64,000 nt of DNA, taken from NCBI RefSeq assembly GCF_002113885.1, contig NW_018404308.1:610961-674960 (forward strand). The letters run 5' to 3'. Positions 13,501 through 25,345 of the stretch are shown piece by piece. Every line of letters starts with the position of its first letter. Position 1 is the first letter of the stretch. Under the pieces are notes generated by a model. That model had not been told where the DNA came from, made no database searches, and saw only the letters and a program-made list of their open reading frames with translations. Both the position numbers and the translations under genes were made by a program. This DNA is from Mizuhopecten yessoensis (lineage: Eukaryota).

Positions 13501-16500
13501 ATATTACTGGTGTCTGACGCAGTGACAGTTAAACACCCCGATGTCATCTCAAACACAGAGACTGTATGACATATTACTGGTGTCTGACGCAGTGGGAGTG
13601 AAACACATCGATGTCATCTCACACACAGAGACTTTATGACATAGTACTGGTGTCTGACGCAGTGACAGTGAAACTCACCTATGTCATCTCACACACAGAG
13701 ACTGTATGACATAGTACTGGTGTCTGCCGCAGTGAGAGTTAAACACACCGATGTCATCTCAAACACAGAGACTGTGTGACATATTACTGGTGTCTGACGC
13801 AGTGAGAGTTAAACACACCGATATCATCTCACACACAGAGACTGTGTGACATAGTACTGGTCTCTGACGCAGTGAGAGTTAAACACACCGCTGTCATCTC
13901 ACACACAGAGACTGTATGACATAGTACTGGTCTCTGACGCAGTGAGAGTTAAACACACCGCTGTCATCTCACACACAGAGACTGTATGACATAGTACTGG
14001 TGTCTGACGCAGTGAGAGTTAAACCCACCGATGTCATCTCACACACAGAGACTGTGTGACATAGTACTGGTCTCTGACGCAGTGAGAGTTAAACACACCG
14101 CTGTCATCTCACACACAGAGACTGTATGACATAGTACTGGTGCCTGACGCAGTGAGAGTTAAACACACCGATGTCATTTCACACACAGAGACTGTATGAC
14201 ATAGTACTGGTGTCTGGCGCAGTGAGAGTTAAACACACCGATGTCATCTCAATCACAGAGACTGTGTGACATAGTACAGGTGTCTGACGCAGTGAGAGTT
14301 AAACACACCGATATCATCTCACACACAGAGACTGTGTGACATAGTACTGGTGTCTGACGCAGTGAGAGTGAAACACACCGATGCCATCTCACACACAGAG
14401 ACTGTGTGACATATTACTGGTGTCTGACGCAGTGAGAGTGGAACACACCGATGTCATCTCACACACAGAGACTGAGTGACATAGTACTGGTGTCTGACGC
14501 AGTGAGAGTGAAACACATCGATGTCATCTCACACACAGAGACTGTGTGACATATTGCTGGTGTCTGGCGCAGTGAGAGTGAAACACACCGATGTCATCTC
14601 ACACACAGAGACTGTGTGACATAGTACTGGTATCTGACGCAGTGAGAGTGAAACACACCGATGTCATTTCACACACAGAGACTGTATGACATAGTACTGG
14701 TGCCTGACGCAGTGAGAGTTAAACACACCGATGTCATCTCAAACACAGAGACTGTGTGACATAGTACAGGTGTCTGACGCAGTGAGAGTTAAACACACCG
14801 ATGTCATCTCACACACAGAGACTGTGTGACATTGTGAACACACACCGATGTCATCTCAAACATAGAGACTGTGTGACATATTACTGGGGTCTGACGCAGT
14901 GGGAGTGAAACACATCGATTTCATCTCAAACACAGCGACTGTGTGACATATTGCTGGTGTCTGGTGCAGTGAGAGTTGAACACATCGATGTCATCTCACA
15001 CACAAAGACTGTGTGACATATTACTGTTGTCTGACGCAGTGGCAGTGAAACACATCGTTGTCATCTCACACACAGCGACTGTGTGACATATACCTGGTGT
15101 CTGACGCAGTGACAGTGAAACACATCGTTGTCATCTCACACACAAAGACTGTGTGACATATTACTGGTGTCTGACGCAGTGGGAGTGGAACACATCGATG
15201 TCATCTCAAACACAGAGACTGTGTGACATTTACTGGTGTCTGGTGCAGTGAGAGTGGAACACATCGATGTCATCTCACACACAGAGACTGTGTGACATAG
15301 TACTGGTGTCTGACGCAGTGACAGTGAAACACACCGATGTCATCTCACACACAGAGACTGTATGACATATTACTGGTGTCTGGTGCAGTGAGAGTGAAAC
15401 ACACCGATGTCATCTCACACACAGAGACTGTGTGACATATTACTGGTGTCTTGTGCACAAAGAAAGGTGACAAATAAATGAATTGTCAAACAAAACGGTT
15501 CGCACACGACTGTAATATCAAACAAAGACGATGTATAAAATTAGAGTAATATCAAGTAAAGTTGGTTAACACATCTACCAGGACAAAAACAAACACTACT
15601 GTTATGAAAAGATGAAACAAATCCTACTATCACATGCGTATGTCACAGCAGAGGTGAACGTATTATTCTCATCACACTAAATTCTAGTGCCTATACTGTA
15701 ATTTTGATATGTGTGTTACCTTTATCAGAGTTGACAGTATGACATAACATGAACTGATTGGAAACGTCTTACCCGTCAACGTGTGTAAGGTCCTGAGACT
15801 CCATCACTTCAGTACAAACATTCGCTCTCTCCGATACTAGATATCAAGCAATAAGAAAAGATACGTATAATGTAGTGATAGTATTGTTCAAGTCTCTGCT
15901 GGGATAAGATGTACAATATGTTACTCTCAATATCGGTAAAGGAGCCGATATAAGTTAAGTAGTTGGCCGCAATTATTTTTCAAAAAGTTTATTCTTTACA
16001 GAAGTACTCTGTAAATGCATTTTTTCTGGCATTTCAAAATGACAAACCTCCCATTCAAATTGCGGCTGATGTAGCGAGATTTCTAAAGAAATGAACAAAA
16101 ATGTTTCCCCCTCTGTAATCTACATGTTAAACATGAAAGTAGTAACATGGTTCATAGCTTTATTTATAGGAATCATAATTGAAACTGTTCCAAAATATAT
16201 AATTTTCTTTACCTTTCATCGATATCATTTCTCAGATTGTTTTTCTGAATAAGTTGACTTTTTTCAATTAGAATTATTCTTTTTCATTGATTTAATGGAT
16301 TTAAAGAGTTTTAAAAAATGTTTATCAATCTTTAACATCCTTTCCTCCAAAATGTATCTTTTGTAAGTTCCCTTTTTACACTACCAAACTTAGTACCAAA
16401 CTAAATGTATGTCTTCGTTCTCTTATTTTGATAGCTTTCTTTTCCTAGAAATACGAACGATGATATAAACAAAAATTTGTAAACTCTCTGGAGCGTATAT

Positions 16501-19500
16501 TGTGAAAACGATAGGACAAAAACCAAGAAAAAAAACTGAGAATGAAATCATGATAATGATTGAGTTCCTGGTTGAAAATATTTTGGTGTTTACGTTAGAA
16601 AAACTTTCCAACAAACTGCAGACGTTCCTCTAGAAAGAAATAGTACCGCCCTTTTTATCGACTCTCATTTTGTCATATGAGGCTGAATATTTAAAAGAGA
16701 TTATCAGGACCTTATCAAGTTCTTCAATTTTTTTATTGACGTCGTCAACTGTATTGTAAAAACTGCTGAAAATTAAATCAAGGACAGTATAAACGATTCT
16801 ACTTCAGCGCTTTCGTCGATTTATTCTTGCAACATCAATTACAAGGACGGTATACTATTACGATTTACGATACGTGTAACGATTTCAAATCTCCTATCGT
16901 GAACTTTCCATCTCTTGACAGTAACATCCTGGTTTTCCCATCCTACGGTGTCTACATGTCGCTGTTAATTGGAATAAAAGATCTTGCACCAAATGTGTGA
17001 CGCATTACCCGGTATGTAACAGAATAAACGAGCTTACCTACAACCTGGTACGTAATACTTGCGAGGTCAAACAGTGGTTTAACAGTGTCTTCAAATGTTT
17101 TCACTCCCGTCCCTTTTCCTCCAATAGGGTTGATAAACACAAGGAAATGTCTTGGTTTTGAAGTAGGTACTAAAACATGAATTCACAAAATGTGATCAAT
17201 TTTATTAAACAAGTAGCACAATCTTAAAGATCAAACAAAAGTTTTCTCAAGAAAAAGACACGGGATTAATAGTTTTATATAGGCAAAATTTCAAAATTTA
17301 GAGGGGTTGTGTAAACGATCCCTGGCTCTGATAAAAAAAACACCTCCGAAATCCCTTTCCTTTGAGTTGAGTTGGGAATGCTACAAAAATGCACGAGGTC
17401 GCCAGGGTCAACAATGAAATACAAAATTTCAACATGTTTCTTTAAATATAAAAGTTATCGTTTGAAACGAGCCAGCAACTAGACGGTTTATTTGGTCACA
17501 ACGGTTTACGTCAGTAGAGCAACCAGTAAACTCGACATTTTGACACTACAGTATGATAATGTGACCAAATGGGCGAAATGTTCATACAGTTCTGTGTACA
17601 AGGTCAATAGCAAATATTTACATCTCTACTGAACTTGGAATCAATATACCTACTAAACATTTTAAAGGTTATTTTTCACTGAACTTTCCAGTTAGCGTAG
17701 GAATACATCAGCATATTATCAACCTGATTACTGTGTTATTCCGCGGAGACAAAACGTGCTACATCATATATGTGTTTGTGGATAGAAAATTTATTTTTAT
17801 ATATGAGATGTTGACTTCGTGGTGGTTTTTTTTTAGGAAATAATGGTTTTATACTTACCCTTCTTAAATTTGGCTCGTACATGTTCTAGAAACTGTTTGA
17901 CAATAGAAGCTTCACCACAGACCTTGATAACTTCCTTTGATAGTGAAAATGCTGATTGTTTGATATAGTGTAAAGTAACGGACTGTTCCTGGTCATTGTT
18001 TTCAGAAGTCTGGTCCGACACAGCTACCAGGTCAGGAAACTCAACACACACTGTAAAACAGTATGAGAACATACAGTACTTAAACAACAGATTGTAACGT
18101 GCGGGCGGTCATCCATGATTTAGTGAGCGGGTCCTCGGGCTATACCGCATCACTAGTAGCTTGCCAGTCAGGCAGTATTTCCCCCTAACATTCTTTAGTT
18201 TTAACAAGATATGAAATTTTGCTTATCTTGAAAATTGGAAAATACCGTCCAACAATTGATGTATTAGTTATTAGAATGTACAGTACTTAATGTGAGAGCT
18301 GGGAAATGGAACGATTATTTGGTGTGGTTTTATTAAGTGTAGCGTTTCTATGTTAACAGAACATGTATGTTGGTATGTTTGCCATGTTTGTTTACCGATC
18401 GGAAATAAAATGCGTTACGTACATCAACGCGTTACGTACATCTACAGATTACGTACATCTACACGTTAACCTACGAATGCCCATGACACGTTTCAAACGT
18501 ATCCAACAAGTCATCTCTAAATAAACATCCGGAAACCAATTTGGCGGAATGAAAATAATAAGATGAAGAAGGAGGAGATACGTACTGTAATAAGTAAAAC
18601 AATAGCCCAACTTCGTTTGGGGTACTAAATAAAGGGCAGTAGAAGAGGTCGATCAGAAAGGCGTCACTGTTCTTAACATCTGGGAGGAAAGTTGCATAGG
18701 TTATCGGTCTCGGTGGGACAAAGCTGTGTCACTGGGTTTGCACAACAAAACGCTGAGTGAACACACACGGTCTAGATCTCTTAAAAGATCGTCTAACTGT
18801 CAGGTAGTCAGTTGTAGCGCTCTAATCGTGCTATATCAGAAAGACAATTGTAAAAGAACTGTATCAGGCGCAAAAAATAACTATAACCCGTAGCTAATGG
18901 ATAGAATCAACGAAAAACTAGGGGGTTGAGCACGGGGCTAGCAGCCCTGCCATAAAGACGATATAATCTGGGCTTCCATTAATACTATTGAAAGATATTT
19001 TATATCGCAGGTAAGTAAATTCTTTATTGTTTCTGTTCTCTTCTTGGACAATCACACATGACTGACAGCCAGACATTCATTATTTCCTCTAATAAGAGAT
19101 TACATGGTCTTGTCGTTTTTAACAATTTCAACAATTTACAGAACACTACATATTTACATAATACTACAATTTCTTACAGTATTCTTCAAACTATGCTTAA
19201 GAGCTAGAGCTGCTTTGGAAAGGTATGTTCATTTCTGTGAACATCCCAGCAAGTTTGTCACTTATAGCAACCATCAGATTGTCCAATTCTCCATCGTCCA
19301 AAGAAATATCGTTCCTTCCACCAAGAACAAAAGAACATTTTTCGTCTTCCTCTAGCAATTCGTATTGCACATATTTTTCAACGCTTATAAGATTAACTAT
19401 TTGTTCCAGCAAGATGTCTCTACTTTTAAATAATGTGGGACATTGTATAATGAAATGTTTAACGTCACTGTTCACAACTATTTTGCACAATTTACAGATC

Positions 19501-22500
19501 ATATTTTGGAATTCGGCCCTGTAGGAAAGCTTGATTAATTCACAAATTTTCCATGTGCTTTTAGGCAATTTTAACGTTAGAGACCATAAGGGATTGGGTC
19601 CAATATATTGATGAACTTTTGAAACGATTGTGAGGTGAACATGAATGTACATAAGCGAATAATAAATAGAGATTTCGAGACAAAAGATAATTTTACAGTT
19701 TTCTGATTTCTACATCACACCATAAATCATCAGGTAAGTCAATTGCTCTGGTAGTTATGGCCGACGACGAAGTTTTCTCAAAACCCTGGCATCTTCGTGC
19801 AGCATACCGCATGGTTCTATTTAACATATCAATAGACTTCTGCGTAGCATTTGCCCAAAGTTCACATCCGTATATAACACCTGGTATGATAATTGCTTTA
19901 ATGAGTTGCGCACTTTTGAGAGGATTCAATCCGCCTGGATGGATACCAAGACTCATTAGACTGTTAAGGTTCCTTCTACCTTTGTCGCACGCGCTTTCTA
20001 TACCGACATGAGCTTTTAGGTTTGAACAAAAAGTAATTCCCGCGTAAACCTTTGTATCGGTCCATTCGATAATCGCACCTCCCAGAGAACATACAGCTGA
20101 TGGTTTATTGACGATTCGTCTCTTATATGAAAATTCCATCAGCTAAGATTTAGCAGAGTTATAATTTAGCCTCCAAAGATTAGCATACGCATTTACGTTA
20201 TCTAGTTGAGCTTGGAGATTCGTGATGCTTCTAGCTAATAAGAGCGTGTCATCAGCTTATAGTACGCAGGGGATTTATAGCTTTTGAATCTGCAAACCCT
20301 GTTCCGCTTCATCCAGAGCACGTGCGAGACCGTTTATCATAACGAGGAATAGCCAGGCTGATAAAGTTCTCCCTTGACCGACCCCTTGCTTAACTGGATA
20401 GTCTTTACTAATTTTGCCGTCATACAGTACACGCGAGGTCACGTTTTGAAACGAATTTTGCAGTATTCTCCAAAATTTACCATTAAAACCGAGTCTGTAC
20501 ACCTTATGTAATAGCCCGTCTATCTAAATGCTTTTGCATTGTCCAAGAAGGTAGCAAATACTTTTGTCCTATTTTCGATAAAATGACATATCGATTCCTT
20601 GACAGTGAACGCTGCCATAATACTTCCACATTCCGCTCTAAATCCCGGTTGTAGTCTATGCGGAAACTGCATTTCAGCACATCGAACTGTTAACCTCTGA
20701 TATATAACTGTTTCGAATAGCTTTTGCAGAACTGGCGTTAACGTGATGTCTCTATAATTGTTTTTATTCAATTTGTCTTTATTGCCACCTTTGAATAATG
20801 TTATTACTATACCTTTTTTAAAATGTACTGGGTATTCCTCCTTTGTCAGTATTTGATTGAAGAGTATAACGATCGCGTCCAGCAGACTTTTATCACCGTA
20901 ACGAATATGTTCGATGACTATATCTTCATACTCTTGATCGCTGTCGCAGTTTCACTTATTGAAATAGCTCGATCGCAAAAAACATCAATATTTGCAAAAC
21001 TTCTGACGAACATATCGTGAATATCTAACTGTATCTTAGCCCGATGACTATCATAGTGCTCAAACCAAACATTCTTTAGTTCATCTGAATCGCGGATGAT
21101 TTTATTGTCAAGTTCTGAACATCTGTAACCATTACATTTTCTTACCCGAACAGCCTTATAGAATGTGCCGATATCAACTTCAGCTGCTTCCTGCAGGTGG
21201 TCGAGTTGCTGCTGTTCGTATAGCTCCCTTGCTTCTGTTAATGCTTTACGAAAAATGTTTTTTGAATCCTTATAATCTTTGTATGATTTATGTTCTGTAC
21301 CGCGCGGACGTCCTTCAGCTATCCACACTCTACGATACTGCCTCATTGACGTATGCAGTTCTTTAACACTTCCGAAGTTCCAATATGGTTTTAAGTAATT
21401 ACGATACTGCTTAACTGGCAATGTAGCTTTCGCTGAATCCTTATTCGCGGAAACAATATCCTGTACTAAGCTGTCGAGTTCATCTAAATCCTTCGTCTCG
21501 CGGAGTTTAGTAGTATTACCGATCATCTGCGCTACTTTGCCGGCATAAGCAACCTTTTGCTCGGAAGACACTTTTCTCCAATTAACGGCCTTTGACGACA
21601 ATCTATCTCTATGTGTGTTCCTTAAAGTACAACAGAATTCTAACGACACAGGTAGATGATCAGATGCGTTAAGAAAATGGTCGTCGTGTATTTCGCACGT
21701 TTTTACATTATCTTTATCATGTGTTCTTATTAAAATGTGGTCAATCAATGAGCTCTTCGAGCCGTCCCACGATACATAAGTCACATCACCTCCTTTCGAC
21801 CACTGTTGTGAATTAACAGAGATGAGATAGTTTTCAATAATAAGAGTCTCAAGGAGCTTACCTCTGTCGTTTGCCTCGTAGCGATTCTTTTTACCAAACC
21901 GTTCCGATATACGTGCATTAAAGTCGCCAAGAATAATAACGGTACCTTCCTCGCTATACCGTTGATATAAATCAGACAGCGCTTGTAATAGTTCTCGGTA
22001 CAGAGTCATAGATAGATTAGTCGACGGCATCAATATCCCGAAACCATACACAGACGACGTGTACACCAGTTGTACTGAGACCCCTATCATACGATCATTC
22101 CCTTCGTTCATCAGGGGCGTTATCTTCATGTATTTCTTCCATAGAATAGCAATTCCACTAAACCCTCTCGGATGCGTCCTCAGTTCCAACTCTATAGGGA
22201 TGCGTGAATCACTCCGTCCGAACGAGTCAAAACTACGGTCAATACTGTTCAGAAAATTAAGCTGTTCTGGCGGTAACAAATGTTCCGTTATAACAGCAAT
22301 GTCCGTATCGCGAAGAATCTCGAGTGTTCCACGTAAGAAGCCTCACGAAAATAAATAGTAAGAACGAGAGCATCAACATAGAGTTAATCACCACGAGTAT
22401 GGAATGTTGGAACGACTACCGTAGCTATCTTCCCGTTCACCCCCGCAATTTTTGTACCGATTATCGCCACGATCCTCCCACTCGCGTACAAGAACACCGT

Positions 22501-24109
22501 CCGGACAGAAGTATGGATCGGTTGCCGTTGCGAAATTTTCTTCGCAAACATTTATGCGTGCCGTGTAAGTAGGATAGTCTGTGTCACAGAACTTAACAAT
22601 ACGCATCATAGTGACGTTCACTCCTCTTTCCGCTGCGTATGACCTTACAGAGAGCTCACAACTTCATCTGCAGTGGCATCTGCAGTAATACGCGACATTA
22701 GGAGCCTTTTGCTTCTAGGTCTACGACGAACACCACGGAATTCGTATGTAGATTTCCCTGCTTCCTCATTAGGTTGTTGATGTTGCGTATTCTGCCAATG
22801 AGCAGAAGCAATTGATTTCGTGCGTTTATCTCGCGTGTCTTTAGGATCAACATGTTCATTACGGCCCTTGCTTTGTGTATTCTGCACCGATTCATCGATC
22901 GCAGTGTCTTTATTTCGGTTAGATAATTGCTCTATTATTGGCGCTGTCACTCTACCTTTAAGAACATTGCCATGCGTGGTGGGGTTGGATGGAACCGACA
23001 CTTGTACATGTACCAAGGATCCAAACCAAGTTATCAAATGATTGTTATAATTAGATCTTGGCAAATAGTGGTATGACAAACTTGACACGGAACGTCATAT
23101 AGACGACTGCTTATTACAGGCTTCAATTTTGTATTCCCGACCAATCTCTATTAGAGCATTCACAACTCGGGAAAATGGGGTATCATTTATATAAAGTATC
23201 CGATGAGCATTCCTCAGTCATTGTTGAGAGTAGAATAGGAAATCTCGAACAGCCTTCACGAGGTGCACCTGCGTCCAAACACCATTTTCGGCAAAAATTT
23301 CAGTGTCCAAGTCGCGTGCCAAATTGTATCATACAAAGTGTAATAATACAGAATAGGTGTTTTGTTTTGAAAAGCAGATATTAAGACTTTACTGAAAAAC
23401 ATATTTTATAACGTCCCTTATTTAATTGTTCATCTGTGTTACTTAAAATGATGTAAGCGTGCTGTACTTGGCTTAGTAACACAGGTAAGTCTGGGATACA
23501 ACAAAACAGCAACAACTCATGTTACGCCTGCCGTCATTTCATTCCGCTAATGACATCTAAATTAAAATACTGCGTCGGTCAAAATATCCTGAATTAATGA
23601 ACAAACCAACAAAACAAAACAGAACAGGAATGGAGGACATATTTCTCCTTCAGAACGTAAATCATAGTGACATCTCACAGACCAGTACATTAATACCGTA
23701 CAACAATAAATATGGGACTCAATAATTTATGATGTAAAATTCTACATCAATGTATTACGAGTTACTTCCCTTGCATTGACGTTAACACAAAAAGAAATAA
23801 AATGCATAAAAAAAACACTCCATACATTGCTGTACTTCACACTTTTTCTACCGACAATTTTTTTACATATGGTTAGAAAAGTAAATCCGATGTATGTTTC
23901 AGCAAAAATAAATTTCGGAAAACAACATCAGCAGCATCTGGGCGTGCCCTTTTATCCAAAGTCCCCTTATTATTATAATTACGTAGGGACGAATATCAGA
24001 GCACACTGCACTTACCTTTTTCGTTTACGTGCGTGAAAGTGAAATGATTTTCGTCAACAATCACATCTAGATCTGTATCAACATCAATTTTTAACCTGTA
24101 TGAAGTCAT
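1417..24109 (-). CDS. CERK-like: Ceramide kinase-like gene A (DAGK-cat/sphingosine-ceramide kinase family), 11 coding exons in window, 3' exon outside window
   Basis: Spliced exons with GT-AG boundaries and consistent phases: 24109-24016, 18050-17859, 17169-17038, 15836-15773, 11630-11485, 8499-8425, 7829-7683, 7463-7397, 5228-5170, 3073-2889, 1556-1417. Motifs FINPIGGKG, GGDG, IPTGTAN, GFIAD..LRW, NIDGD. Six exon lengths (132, 64, 146, 75, 67, 59) equal those of gene B. Confidence 0.9.
2889..3073 (-). CDS. CERK-like A exon (EKFEGDIFNTMVLCW...KLFKAKKEA)
   Basis: Open frame with ag/gtgagt; phases match gene B exon 32272-32477. Confidence 0.82.
3220..3427. mobile_element. Tc1/mariner-type MITE
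   Basis: TA-ccgtataacatgaaatgttcg ... cgaatatttcgtgttatacag-TA terminal inverted repeats. Confidence 0.7.
3622..3984 (+). mobile_element. tRNA-derived SINE with Deu/Nin-like central domain and L2-like 3' tail
   Basis: A box tggtagtctagcgg; B box gggttcgagtc (3681); ttgagcaagatacttt core; gctttgagac...aaagcggtatat tail; (TAT)n end. Confidence 0.8.
5170..5228 (-). CDS. CERK-like A exon (KKKPMTEGDKEEITYTKRE)
   Basis: 59 nt as in gene B; tttccag/gtaat. Confidence 0.8.
5336..6748. repeat. 47-bp minisatellite, about 30 copies (gene A intron)
   Basis: Unit ttgatcaatcctaataatgatctggttacactgttacatcatttaac. Confidence 0.97.
7397..7463 (-). CDS. CERK-like A exon (VPIQMLFSGFRNFTTEITLDT)
   Basis: 67 nt as in gene B; phases fit. 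Confidence 0.82.
7683..7829 (-). CDS. CERK-like A exon (GNTRPIG...SGFIADMMDRRDQLRWMGMFRLL)
   Basis: C4-like motif; ag/gtgagt. Confidence 0.9.
8425..8499 (-). CDS. CERK-like A exon (GTANVMSYCCNGCVDIVTATLSIIK)
   Basis: 75 nt as in gene B; acceptor lies inside the terminal unit of the 57-bp array. Confidence 0.88.
8474..10268. repeat. 57-bp minisatellite, about 31 copies, unit spans the 3' splice site and start of exon 8499-8425
   Basis: Unit gacatcatagtgacagtacctttatagtaaaaaccatagaccgtatatacacagtac. Confidence 0.97.
10331..11325 (+). mobile_element. Non-autonomous Helentron/HINE-like (Pearl/DINE-1-type) element with internal tandem subrepeats
   Basis: aacaag...tgtatcgcccacctg 5' end; diverged internal repeats (cagacccac...tttagaccaaat...cctacagaagaa); (GACG)n microsatellite; 3' hairpin ggtccttcggacc. 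Confidence 0.7.
11485..11630 (-). CDS. CERK-like A exon (IVVCGGDGTLSEV...GHIPT)
   Basis: ATP-binding GGDG motif; 146 nt as in gene B. Confidence 0.93.
11655..15452. repeat. 70-bp minisatellite array with two embedded inverted blocks of the 57-bp repeat
   Basis: Unit tactggtgtctgacgcagtgagagtgaaacacaccgatgtcatctcacacacagagactgtgtgacatag; inserts at 11756-11885 and 12553-12967. Confidence 0.96.
15773..15836 (-). CDS. CERK-like A exon (VSERANVCTEVMESQDLTHVDG)
   Basis: 64 nt as in gene B; ag/gtaag. Confidence 0.88.
16765..16995 (+). mobile_element. Degenerate Penelope-like retroelement RT fragment
   Basis: Translates as IYDTCNDFKSPIVNFPSLDSNI...PSYGVYMSLLI, matching the PLE motif YDKRDDFNF.IVNFP...SNIP...YGVY.SQL. 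Confidence 0.7.
17038..17169 (-). CDS. CERK-like A exon (KPRHFLVFINPIGGKG)
   Basis: C1 motif; 132 nt as in gene B. Confidence 0.92.
17859..18050 (-). CDS. CERK-like A exon (PH-like N-terminal region)
   Basis: ttttacag/gtaagt; VCVEFPDLVAV...TLHYIK...RAKFKK. Confidence 0.85.
19071..23350 (-). mobile_element. Near-full-length degraded LINE (RTE-X/CR1-group): ORF1 remnants, APE endonuclease, RT, C-terminal CCHC-like region
   Basis: ORF 20918-22279 has GIAILW, ILGDFNA, SLIDHI, SDHLP. RT motifs NYRDITL, QPGFR, FLDNAKAF, GVGQG, and *ADD (stop at 20257-20259). C..C...HFI..C lies at 19197-19652. Multiple frameshifts; ends approximate; clade uncertain. Confidence 0.88.
24016..24109 (-). CDS. CERK-like A, probable first coding exon (MTSYRLKIDVDTDLDVIVDENHFTFTHVNEK)
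   Basis: ATG at 24109; gtaagt donor; phase 1 fits the next exon; positional equivalent of gene B's first coding exon. Confidence 0.65.
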
Positions 24110-24360
24110 CTTTGAAGATGTCAACAAACAACCACTGGTTAAATAGACGCTTTGGAAACCTCTTGTACTAAGTCGCAATAAATTAAAACATACCACAGAT
24201 GCAGATCACAAAGAGAAAGTAGGTCGAGCTGAACATTAGCTCATCCTACATAATGTATCCATACTTTGTTTGTTTTAGATGCCGTCGATTTACACCAGTT
24301 CTAAATTGATTCAGTCAAACTTTCACTTCTTGTGACCAAAACCGAGTCCAGAAAAAGGTA
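24110..24360. promoter_or_regulatory. Putative bidirectional promoter between CERK-like A and B, with possible non-coding first exon of B (about 24313-24357)
   Basis: Divergent ATGs 1.1 kb apart; Inr-like tcagtc at 24311; aag/gtaaat donor at 24357; acceptor at 25179 precedes gene B's ATG. Confidence 0.5.
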
Positions 24361-25203
24361 AATATATCGTGAACGAGAGAAAGAACTCTACCGGTTTAAA
24401 TTAGTGTGGACTAAAAATATCAACAAGGCAATTAATATATCTGATCATTGCATATGATTTCAAGCTCTTGCGTCTGCATTTAAAAACGATACACAAAGTG
24501 TTCACCTGCTAGGATTTGCACACTCCTTAATTCTGGAGATCTTTAAAGTATAAATGAAACAAACATGTGACCTAAACATATACCACTTTAGCATTAGAAT
24601 GATCTTGCGTCAGAAGTTATCGCAATAACTCAGAGTCTTGGTGATCAGCGTCATACCAGAGTTGATTGTTGATACTAGGTTCTTTGTAACTATGTAAGAA
24701 TTCAATATCAACATTTCGTCTCATTTAGTTGTACTGCTAGGACTGAAAACTTTAGACTCTATAAGCGGTCATTTTAGCTTGATGCAATGGGTTTACAAGG
24801 TTCTTTTTAGCAAATATCGTTGAAATGTTGACACAGATGCACAAAAATCGGTGGGTGTCTGAATGTACATGATAAAAAAAATCCATTTGAAAACTGTTCG
24901 GATCTTTTTGTCATACTGTTAAAGTATTTGGTTAATTGACCTGACAGAAATGGTTAACATAGAAAAAACACCCCACACAACTACTGTTGCACCATTAAAA
25001 AAAAAAAGATTTTTAACCTTCCAAAATTTAACAATAGACTTTTGTTATTGTTTTGAATGTAAATATGACATTTAAACAGTTTATAAATAATTGATAATAA
25101 AGATGAAATTCCATAAGAATGAAAACTTTTTATGCTCTTGATCTTTAAACCTGTTTTTGGGATAATTTTCTGAATACAGTTGGTTGTATCACCTGTGGTT
25201 ACA

Positions 25204-25345
25204 ATGTCCGTCCGACTGGAGGTGAAGTCCGACGGGATTCTGTGTTACTGTACAGTGGAGGATGACACTGTGGTGTTATTGCCGAAGACCATTGAACCGT
25301 GTCCTGATGAGAAGGGATCCAGTGTTGATGCTGCTGACCATTCAT
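25204..25345 (+). CDS. CERK-like B first coding exon
   Basis: acaATG; acceptor at 25179; gtatgt donor; phase 1. Confidence 0.75.

Noticed and set aside
18680-18960. Possible SINE remnant with RTE-like end (gggttgagcacggggctagca)
   Set aside because: No A/B boxes or boundaries could be established by eye.
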